Positions 20,674 through 27,988 of a stretch of 64,000 nucleotides of DNA are shown here, one piece after another. A program made the position numbers and the translations under genes. Position 1 is the stretch's first letter. Every line of letters begins with the position of its first letter. The notes beneath the pieces are model-generated. The model did not search any database. It had not been told where the DNA came from and was given only the letters and a program-made list of their open reading frames with translations. The stretch is from Candidatus Dojkabacteria bacterium (GTDB lineage: Bacteria > Patescibacteriota > Dojkabacteria > B142 > JAFGMG01), in NCBI GenBank assembly GCA_016927655.1, contig JAFGMG010000001.1, forward strand, positions 34,818-98,817, read 5' to 3'.

Positions 20674-20763
20674 ATGAATGACAAAGGCTTTGCCGAGATC
20701 CTGACAATTCTTACCGCTGCTTCAATAACCATTGCCGTAATTGTTCCTGTGGTGCTTCTATAA
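20674..20763 (+). CDS. Putative 29-aa hydrophobic small protein with prepilin-like N-terminus
   Basis: MNDKGFAEILTILTAASITIAVIVPVVLL*; preceded by a purine-rich AGGGAAGAG and a consensus promoter. Confidence 0.45.
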   Translation: MNDKGFAEILTILTAASITIAVIVPVVLL

Positions 20764-20902
20764 AAAACCTCGAAATCTATTGGATAATTTCAATATTATC
20801 TTTTTTATTTTCATTGCTGTCAATTTGAGTTTCATATCCTTGAAATCCCCTCTATGTTCTTGCTAGATTTTCTAGTTGATTTAATATATTACCTTCCCGG
20901 AA

Positions 20903-22249
20903 ATGTCCAAAACAAGCAAATACGATTTTCTTATCGTCGGTGCTGGCCCGGCTGGAATGTTTGCTGTTTATGAGATTCTAAAGAAAAAACCCAAAGCAAA
21001 AATATTGATCCTTGAAAGAGGGAACCTCATAGAAAACAGGGGGCCGAATGAAACTATGATCGGCTTTGGTGGCGGAGGGACTTTCTCTGACGGAAAACTA
21101 CATTACACACCGATTCTCAGCCATGAAAAGGCTTTGGATCTGATTGACGTAAAAGAATATGAGAAATTGATTCAATATGTTGACGATGTATTTACAAATT
21201 ACGGAATAACAGAACCTTATTACCCCAAAAACGAGAAACAAGTTGATGAGCTAATTAATAGATGCCAGAAGAACGGAATTAAATTGTATTCCCGAAGAGT
21301 CAGGCATACCGGAACAGACAAACTAAGAAACCTAGTAGAAAAAATTCAAAAGGACTTTGAAAAAAAGGAAGTTGAGATTATAGGCAAGACAGTTGTTGAA
21401 GATATAATTATCGATAAAACTTGCAAGGGAGTAATCTGCAAAAACGGGAAAAAGTATTTTGCAGATAAGGTGCTTCTAGCTCCGGGCAGAGTTGGAGCAA
21501 GGTGGCTTCAAAACATTGCTATAGAGAAAGGAATTGAATATAAATATGACAAGGTCGAGGTTGGGGTTAGGATAGAGTTCCCATTTGCAATTATGCAGAA
21601 GTTCAGCGATCAAATGTATGAGGCTATTTTTGAAATTGACACATTAACTTATGACGATACAATTAGAACATTCTGTCCTTGTCCACATGGGAAAGTGGCT
21701 ATCGAAAAATACCAGGGTTTTGTCTGCGCAAATGGACATTCCGAATCCATACACAATTCTGAAAATTCAAATTTTGCATTTTTGACAGAAATCAAACTAA
21801 CCGAACCAGTAGAAAACACCACCCTTTATGCAAAATCTATTGCCGAACTTACCACTACGCTTGGCGGAGGGAAAGTGATAATTCAAAGACTGGCCGATCT
21901 TCAAAAAGGAAGAAGAAGTACCTGGAATAGAATTCACAAAAGCTATGTAACTCCAAGCCTTACGGATGTAACGCCCGGCGATATTTCTATGGCTCTTCCA
22001 CATAGAATAGTGGTCAACATTCTTGAAGGTTTGGAAAAATTAGAAAAGGTTATGCCCGGGATAAATTCCGGGTCAACACTGCTTTATGCACCAGAAGTTA
22101 AATACCGAGGGTCAAAGATTATAACTAACAATAATCTCGAAACAAAGATAAAAAATCTTTTTGTAGCTGGTGATGGCGCTGGAGTGTCGGGCAATATAAT
22201 CGGGGCAGCAGTCACCGGAGTGATGGCAGCTCGCGGTATGATGCGATAA
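20903..22249 (+). CDS. FAD/NAD(P)-dependent oxidoreductase (uncharacterised FAD-dependent dehydrogenase family)
   Basis: IVGAGPAG, GGGTFSDGKL, RTFCPCPHG, ANGHS, LFVAGDGAG. Confidence 0.85.
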   Translation: MSKTSKYDFLIVGAGPAGMFAVYEILKKKPKAKILILERGNLIENRGPNETMIGFGGGGTFSDGKLHYTPILSHEKALDLIDVKEYEKLIQYVDDVFTNYGITEPYYPKNEKQVDELINRCQKNGIKLYSRRVRHTGTDKLRNLVEKIQKDFEKKEVEIIGKTVVEDIIIDKTCKGVICKNGKKYFADKVLLAPGRVGARWLQNIAIEKGIEYKYDKVEVGVRIEFPFAIMQKFSDQMYEAIFEIDTLTYDDTIRTFCPCPHGKVAIEKYQGFVCANGHSESIHNSENSNFAFLTEIKLTEPVENTTLYAKSIAELTTTLGGGKVIIQRLADLQKGRRSTWNRIHKSYVTPSLTDVTPGDISMALPHRIVVNILEGLEKLEKVMPGINSGSTLLYAPEVKYRGSKIITNNNLETKIKNLFVAGDGAGVSGNIIGAAVTGVMAARGMMR

Positions 22250-22267
22250 TTTTTACAGAATCTGTAA

Positions 22268-22903
22268 ATGCTCAACAAATACAAATTCATTCTTTTCGAC
22301 TTTGACGACACTCTCGTAAACACGCGCGAGCATATTTGGGCACATCACAAATATGTCGCAAAAGAATTTTACGAAATTGAACTCACAGATGAAAAACTAA
22401 AGGAACACTACGGAGAGCCAATGGAGGAACTCGTTTTGAATCTTTATGAGCGTAAAGATACCGCCGAGAATATGCTGACTAATTACACTAAAAGCAGAGA
22501 CCAATTCCCAAAGACAGTTTATCCAGATACAATTCCTACATTAAATAATCTTTTCGCCCTAGACAAACAACTAGGGATCATCACTGCTACTATGAAAGAA
22601 TATCTTGTCTCTGATTTGAAAAAATACCAATTCCCTTATGAAAAATTCTTATTGCTTCAAGGTGCCGACGAGACAGAATTCCACAAGCCAGACGGAAGAG
22701 TTTTTGACTTCGCATTTGAAGAAGCAAATAAGCTAGGGATTTCAAAAGCAGAAATCATCTATATTGGAGATGGACTAAAAGATCTAATGGCTTCTCAGGA
22801 TGCCGGGATTGATTTCATTGGAGTTGCAAAAGGGATGACAACGAAAGAGACTTTTGAAAAAGAGGGTGTGATAGCAATCACCGATCTGAGTGAACTTCTT
22901 TAA
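22268..22903 (+). CDS. HAD-family hydrolase (phosphoglycolate phosphatase-like)
   Basis: FDFDDTL, HKPD, YIGDGLKD. Confidence 0.9.
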   Translation: MLNKYKFILFDFDDTLVNTREHIWAHHKYVAKEFYEIELTDEKLKEHYGEPMEELVLNLYERKDTAENMLTNYTKSRDQFPKTVYPDTIPTLNNLFALDKQLGIITATMKEYLVSDLKKYQFPYEKFLLLQGADETEFHKPDGRVFDFAFEEANKLGISKAEIIYIGDGLKDLMASQDAGIDFIGVAKGMTTKETFEKEGVIAITDLSELL

Positions 22904-23252
22904 CAAAATAGCGGAATTCACAGTCAGGCTCGTTGTATGCGGGGTCTAGTCTTATTCGGGAAAATCTATCAACGACTACTTCCTCACCACAATGAGGTCT
23001 CTCAATTACCCAAAAATCCTCCTCCTCCGGGATTCCTTCCCAGAAAATCCCTGCATGCTCATAGCTGCATTCAGTTGTAACCACATAAATCACAATTCCA
23101 TTCTGCATGCGCATTGCAACATTTTCCAAATCAATTTCTTCAAATTCATTCAATTCAAGGTATAGACGGACAGTCTCAGGACGATCATTTACGATTGCAT
23201 CTACTAAGCCCATGCAATTTGATCTTGTAGTCTGGAATAATTCAATATCCAT
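22878..23252 (-). CDS. Hypothetical protein, possible Cys-His (papain-like) fold
   Basis: 124 aa ORF with SNCMG and EHAGIF; TATAAT 7 nt before the ATG. Confidence 0.5.
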   Translation of the reverse strand: MDIELFQTTRSNCMGLVDAIVNDRPETVRLYLELNEFEEIDLENVAMRMQNGIVIYVVTTECSYEHAGIFWEGIPEEEDFWVIERPHCGEEVVVDRFSRIRLDPAYNEPDCEFRYFVKEVHSDR

Positions 23253-23282
23253 TTATCAAATTATACAGGAAATTCGTCTTGA

Positions 23283-23314
23283 TGAGCCTACTCGGACAAA
23301 AGTCGTACCAGATT
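23283..23314 (+). repeat. att-like repeat 1
   Basis: TGAGCCTACTCGGACAAAAGTCGTACCAGATT. Confidence 0.85.
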
Positions 23315-23342
23315 ATGAAAGCGATAAAATACTTGAATAAAC

Positions 23343-23612
23343 TTATTTATCTAGATTATCGACAAACTTTTTAAGTCTTGTGGAAAGGAGCTCATTTTCA
23401 CCGTCACCGAAATACAATTCCAGAATAATTCTCAAATCCATCAATTCTTTGTCAAAATGTTTATATCTAATATCTGTTTTAGGAATGTCAGTAGCCTTTA
23501 AATAATTGTCTTTTTCTAAGCACTCTCGTAGATGGTCCAGCAAAGCTAATTTACAAAAGTATTTGTTACTCCATTTCCCGTTAAGTAGAGTTTTGAATTG
23601 TTTCTGTTTCAT
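23343..23612 (-). CDS. Hypothetical helical protein (cassette 1), weakly MazG-like
   Basis: 89 aa; DHLRECLE...HFDKELMDLRII. Confidence 0.5.
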   Translation of the reverse strand: MKQKQFKTLLNGKWSNKYFCKLALLDHLRECLEKDNYLKATDIPKTDIRYKHFDKELMDLRIILELYFGDGENELLSTRLKKFVDNLDK

Positions 23613-23692
23613 CTATAAAGTATAAAAAGTAATACTGGGCGAATTATAACAAAATTGGCAGGATAGTGGATATTGTTATTGGGTAGGTATTA

Positions 23693-23724
23693 TGACCCTA
23701 GTGGGACAAAAGTCAAACCAGATT
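23693..23724 (+). repeat. att-like repeat 2
   Basis: TGACCCTAGTGGGACAAAAGTCAAACCAGATT. Confidence 0.88.
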
Positions 23725-23746
23725 TTAATTGGTTTGAAGTGTTTTA

Positions 23747-23793
23747 AAAAGTTCACAGTTCAGGGTGAACTATGAACTTTTCTGTGGTACAAT
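23747..23793 (+). promoter_or_regulatory. 35-bp palindromic operator plus extended -10 promoter
   Basis: AAAAGTTCACAGTTCA-ggg-TGAACTATGAACTTTT, then TGGTACAAT 6 nt before ATG 23800. Confidence 0.65.
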
Positions 23794-23799
23794 AGATCC

Positions 23800-24771
23800 A
23801 TGAAAACATCGGAAAAAATACTAAAATTTATTGAAGAAGAAGGGGAAGCGACACCAAAACAAATCACGACCTACTCCGGTACGACAAATAGGGCTGTATT
23901 TAAACAGCTTGCAAAAATGACAGAGGCAGGGAAATTGATCAAAATAGGTAAACCTCCCAAAGTATTCTATAAGATTAGTATTGAAAAGGATAAAACAGAG
24001 AAAGCTATAAAACTCGACCAAGCTATAGAAAAAGAGATCGAACAGAATTTTCTTTATGTTACACCTTTGGGAGAATATTTTTCTGGTAAAAAGGGTTTTA
24101 TCAAATGGTGCGAGGAAAGGAAACTTAATATAGCACAACAAGCAAAGCAATATTCAAACATGCTTGCAAGAATTTATCGAAGAAAAGATGCTAAGGTGAT
24201 CATTGCAACAGATAAATTTAAAGACACATTTAGTGAAAATTTTCTTAAAGAGGTTTTTTATATTGATTTTTATTCTATCCCGCAGTTTGGGAAGACTAAA
24301 CTTGGACAGCTTTTGCTGTATGCAAAACAAAGCCAAGATAAAAAGAGAATTAAAGAGATTTCAAATATTGTTAGAGATCCTATTGATTATGTGATAAAGA
24401 AATACAAAATTGATGCGATAGGTTATATTCCCCCAACGGTTAGAAGAGAAGTTCAATTTATGAAAGAGCTTGAGAAGAATCTCAATCTACCTCTACCCCA
24501 AATCAAACTAACAAAAATTAAAACTGAGATTATAGTACCTCAAAAGACTTTGAATAAGATTAGAGATAGAATTACCAATGCTAAGAATACTATTATGGTT
24601 GAAGATAAGAGATCGTTTAACAATGTCTTGCTTATTGATGACGCTGCTGGTTCTGGTGCCTCACTTAACGAAACAGCAAAAAAATTACTGAATAGTGGTA
24701 TAGCGAATAAGGTTTATGGGTTGACTATAACAGGCAGCTACAAGGGTTTTGATGTGATTTCTGAAATCTGA
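23800..24771 (+). CDS. Winged-HTH plus phosphoribosyltransferase (ComF-like) protein (cassette 2)
   Basis: N-terminal wHTH (TPKQIT..TNRAVFKQLAKM..GKL); PRPP-binding VLLIDDAAGSGASL; its stop TGA is the first 3 nt of repeat 3. Confidence 0.75.
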   Translation: MKTSEKILKFIEEEGEATPKQITTYSGTTNRAVFKQLAKMTEAGKLIKIGKPPKVFYKISIEKDKTEKAIKLDQAIEKEIEQNFLYVTPLGEYFSGKKGFIKWCEERKLNIAQQAKQYSNMLARIYRRKDAKVIIATDKFKDTFSENFLKEVFYIDFYSIPQFGKTKLGQLLLYAKQSQDKKRIKEISNIVRDPIDYVIKKYKIDAIGYIPPTVRREVQFMKELEKNLNLPLPQIKLTKIKTEIIVPQKTLNKIRDRITNAKNTIMVEDKRSFNNVLLIDDAAGSGASLNETAKKLLNSGIANKVYGLTITGSYKGFDVISEI

Positions 24772-24800
24772 CCCTACTCGGACAAAAGTCAAACCAGCTT
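24769..24800 (+). repeat. att-like repeat 3
   Basis: TGACCCTACTCGGACAAAAGTCAAACCAGCTT. Confidence 0.88.
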
Positions 24801-24810
24801 CTAAGATGGC

Positions 24811-25443
24811 TCAATTCAGTATCTCAAACTCCAACAACTCTGGGAAATGCTCCTCTATCTGCTCATTGGTTATAGCCTCTAAGTCAAGATCTGTATTTCT
24901 TGAGATTATTTCTTCTAGTCTCTTGGCATTTTTTCGATGTTCTTTAAAGTCTTCCTCTGGAGAACGACTCTTTAAATCCTCGAGTCTTTCAGAAATAGAT
25001 AAAATGCCATTTAATCCAATTCTTATATCACTATAAACGACAATAATAGATCCGATATTTGACTCTTCTATAATATTAGGAATGAACTGCCATTCAGTAT
25101 TTTTTACAATTTCAATTATAGATTTGTCGCATCCTATTTCTTGAACGATTCCAATTAAAGCACTATGCTCGTCATCTCCATGTTTTTTAATAGTTTATTT
25201 TTGAAAACTTATTAAATCCTCTATCTGAGCTGGACTCATGCCGAACTTCGATTGTTTCTGTGGATCGAAGGTTATGGGTTTGGCAATATCATGTAGCAAG
25301 GAAGCTGTGATAATTGCAGATTTATTGAGGTCACGACTAATCCAATGGTCAAGAATTATTTGAGACAAAGCTCCAACTCTTAGCATGTGAGTGACAAGTG
25401 CCGAAGGAGTCTGATATCTTTTATAAACTTCATTTATTGTCAT
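24811..25443 (-). pseudogene. HD-domain phosphohydrolase with internal TAA (cassette 3)
   Basis: THMLRV...LLHDIAK; in-frame TAA at 25195-25197; the frame continues (HGDDEH...VYSDIRIG..GILSISERL) to TGA at 24811. Confidence 0.75.
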
Positions 25444-25509
25444 ATTTCGATCTTAGAGGATTATCGACACGAAAGCAATATTCGGAGAATAGCTGATAGT
25501 AAGGCAAGA

Positions 25510-25541
25510 TGGCCCTACTCGGACAAAAGTTAAACCAGATA
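25510..25541 (+). repeat. att-like repeat 4
   Basis: TGGCCCTACTCGGACAAAAGTTAAACCAGATA. Confidence 0.88.
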
Positions 25542-25607
25542 ATCAAAACGTTAGATAATGTAATAATATTGGGCAGTCTATACACGACAAAAATGGTATA
25601 ATGTGTT

Positions 25608-25871
25608 ATGGAAAAAAGACTAGAACAACTTATAAAAAAAAATAGAGAAATATTTTGGGATGTGCCTTCTGGAAGCCTAAACCAACTCTCACAAGAAGCC
25701 ATTTTTGAACGCATATTAGAATTTGGAAATATAGAGTCTTTTGAAGAATTAACTGAAGCAACCAAAGGAAATACCGCACAAATTTTTAACAGGCTAATCA
25801 ATAAAAAACGTGTAAACCTATCTCCAAGAATAATAAATTTTATGAATACTTATCTTGAATACAATTCATAG
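25608..25871 (+). CDS. Putative antitoxin partner (FWD-motif small protein) of AbiEii-like toxin (cassette 4)
   Basis: IFWDV...IFERILEFG; overlaps the downstream nucleotidyltransferase. Confidence 0.65.
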   Translation: MEKRLEQLIKKNREIFWDVPSGSLNQLSQEAIFERILEFGNIESFEELTEATKGNTAQIFNRLINKKRVNLSPRIINFMNTYLEYNS

Positions 25872-26466
25872 AGAGGTTTTAAATAAGAAACAGCTAGAGT
25901 TATGGCCACTTCTCCCGCAGTTTAAAGATTTCTATTTGGCTGGAGGAACATCATTAGCATTACAAATTGGACACAGAAAATCTATTGACTTTGATCTTTT
26001 TCATAATGCTCCAATCAATACAGAAGAAATACTAAAATTGCTTGATAAAAATAGAATTAGTAATGTTATTGTGGATACTCAAGATGAGTTCACATTGATT
26101 TACAATCAAATGAAGCTAACATTCTTAAATTATCCTTTTAACGTCAAGACCAACGTTAAGCTTGAAAATATCGAATCAATAGATCCTTTGACTATCGCTG
26201 CAATGAAAGCCTATGCTCTTGGAAGAAGGGCCAAATGGAAGGATTATGTAGACTTGTACTTTGTTTCCAGGAAATACTCTTTGGATCATATTATCGACAG
26301 AGCTAAGAATATTTTTGATAATCTTTTTTCAGAAAAATTATTTCGTACACAACTTTGCTATTTTGATGACGTGGATTATACAGAGAAAGTAGAATACACT
26401 GAAGGACATGAGGTTACAGATAAAAAGATCAAAGAGCACTTGAAGAAAGTTTCCACGGATTTATGA
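25855..26466 (+). CDS. AbiEii/AbiGii-like nucleotidyltransferase (type IV TA toxin)
   Basis: FYLAGGTSLALQIGHRKSIDFDLF, AMKAYAL..R..KDYVDLY; the stop codon lies in the tRNA 3' end. Confidence 0.85.
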   Translation: MNTIHREVLNKKQLELWPLLPQFKDFYLAGGTSLALQIGHRKSIDFDLFHNAPINTEEILKLLDKNRISNVIVDTQDEFTLIYNQMKLTFLNYPFNVKTNVKLENIESIDPLTIAAMKAYALGRRAKWKDYVDLYFVSRKYSLDHIIDRAKNIFDNLFSEKLFRTQLCYFDDVDYTEKVEYTEGHEVTDKKIKEHLKKVSTDL

Positions 26467-26535
26467 CCCTACCGGGAATCGAACCCGGATTTACAGATTG
26501 AGAATCTGCTGTCCTAACCGTTAGACGATAGGGCC
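26464..26535 (-). tRNA. tRNA-Glu(CTC)
   Basis: Minus strand GGCCCTATCGTCTAACGGTTAGGACAGCAGATTCTCAATCTGTAAATCCGGGTTCGATTCCCGGTAGGGTCA; cloverleaf, anticodon CTC, no encoded CCA. Confidence 0.95.
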
Positions 26536-26575
26536 GAAGCGTTTGATTTGTCCTTACGATTATATCAAAAGGAGA

Positions 26576-27595
26576 CTACTTCTCAAACACATAAAGCGGC
26601 ACCTCTTCAAGCCATTTGTCTTTCCAGCCGTTATTCACCGCCAGGAAATCCATTTTCTCAAAGCCTCCTGCAAGTGCATCTTCAATTTCATAAAGATTCA
26701 AGAAGTTCCCAATGCCTGGACAATTATCCACGTCATAACCGCATTTGATCGGAGCATAAATCTTATTATAAAGAAGAATTAGATCAACCCCCATTATTTC
26801 CCCATCAATTTCCACACTAAGCATCCTGATATCGTAAGAATCGTGAATTTTACCAAGCTCGACAACGTTCCTGAAAGCCTCAATCTGACGAGGATCCTCC
26901 CAGTCAGCAAGCTGCCCCTTTTCTTTCAGTCTGGCTTTACTCAGCCTGATCAAATGATCTAAATCTTCAAATCTATCACGAACCACAACAGGATTCCTGG
27001 ATTCAATAACTCTTCTATCACGCTTCATGTTATAACGTCTCTTCTTTTTCAAATTGTTCAGGACCGAATCCAGGGTATTGTATTTTTTCAAATCAAGAAT
27101 ATATTTCGAATCATCTTTTTTGAACCTTTCTGGATTTGCGCTTTTTTTGACAGTTTCGCTTGAAATAGAGCCTAAATGCAGCGGAGCAGGTGCCAGATCC
27201 AAAAGTAGATCAACAAGCGTGTCATCCTTAACCAGAATTTTTGTTTCTTCCTGCCACCAGCTGCCAAACCAGATAAACCTGTTGTTATCAGCTTCAAACC
27301 ATAAGGGGAATAATCCGACATTTGCATCCTGCTTAGAAATCGCAACGAAATACGGAACACGGCCGAATCCCTTCCAAAAAGCATATCGAAATTCCCATGT
27401 ATCGAAAATTGTTTTGAAGCTTGAGAATTCCTTCCACAACACTTTGCAAGAGTCAATATCACTTACTATTTTTACTTCATATCCTTTCGCTTTGAGTTCA
27501 GTTAAAGTTTTTTGGTTTAATTTTTCTATTCCTAAACTAGGAGGCTCATCACTTGAAGTAGTTTCATTTGAAGCACCAGAAATGGCACTTATCAT
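26576..27595 (-). CDS. GNAT-family acetyltransferase (CelD/BcsL-like)
   Basis: IFDTWEF, KKRRYNMKR, GYD..PGIGNFL..IEDA..G..KMDFL..WKDKW. Confidence 0.75.
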   Translation of the reverse strand: MISAISGASNETTSSDEPPSLGIEKLNQKTLTELKAKGYEVKIVSDIDSCKVLWKEFSSFKTIFDTWEFRYAFWKGFGRVPYFVAISKQDANVGLFPLWFEADNNRFIWFGSWWQEETKILVKDDTLVDLLLDLAPAPLHLGSISSETVKKSANPERFKKDDSKYILDLKKYNTLDSVLNNLKKKRRYNMKRDRRVIESRNPVVVRDRFEDLDHLIRLSKARLKEKGQLADWEDPRQIEAFRNVVELGKIHDSYDIRMLSVEIDGEIMGVDLILLYNKIYAPIKCGYDVDNCPGIGNFLNLYEIEDALAGGFEKMDFLAVNNGWKDKWLEEVPLYVFEK

Positions 27596-27637
27596 TTATT
27601 CGTCTGTTCCTTTCCTTAAATTTATATAAAATAAAAA

Positions 27638-27988
27638 TTAGTTTTTGATCTTTTCCAATTCTTCTTTTCTCACTCTTATTTTTACAGGCTTATTTGCAGG
27701 GCGGAATTGCTTTTCTTCAACTGCAACCTGGAACTCTTTCTTGATCCTTGTCTTTTCAGCTTTGGTCAGACTTCTTTCAAGTTTCAATGCTTTTTTTATC
27801 ACTCCTTTGTCAAATCCTTTTTCCAGGATCTTGATATCCGGCGAAATATTCGCGCCGCGGCCTCTTATTTTACCTTTCAAATCGACCTTGATCACTCCAT
27901 CCCTATCCTGTACAAGTCTGATCAGCTCATTTTTGAGCTTCTTTTGTTTGGTAACAACACATGTCCTGATGGGCTTATGATCCTTCAT
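27638..27988 (-). CDS. ylxR: YlxR (DUF448) RNA-binding protein
   Basis: PIRTCVVT..KNELIRLV..GRGA; directly downstream of nusA. Confidence 0.85.
   Translation of the reverse strand: MKDHKPIRTCVVTKQKKLKNELIRLVQDRDGVIKVDLKGKIRGRGANISPDIKILEKGFDKGVIKKALKLERSLTKAEKTRIKKEFQVAVEEKQFRPANKPVKIRVRKEELEKIKN

Larger units (their letters stand above)
23283..26478. mobile_element. Array of four small integrase-less gene cassettes at the tRNA-Glu 3' end
   Basis: Direct repeats at 23283, 23693, 24769 and 25510 resemble the tRNA end at 26464; unit lengths 410, 1076, 741 and 954 bp. Confidence 0.8.

Noticed and set aside
20889-20915. Possible fifth degenerate att repeat (ACCTTCCCGGAAATGTCC)
   Set aside because: Similarity is too weak and the conserved CAAAAGTC-AACCAG half is missing
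25195-25197. Stop-codon reassignment
   Set aside because: TAA, TAG and TGA all terminate conserved core genes at the expected positions; this is a single isolated case
23283-25541. Repeats as a CRISPR array
   Set aside because: Spacing is 410-1076 bp with whole genes in between, no cas genes are present, and the repeats resemble the tRNA end
23283-26466. Classical integron attC array
   Set aside because: No RYYYAAC...GTTRRRY palindromic attC structure and no IntI tyrosine recombinase in the window
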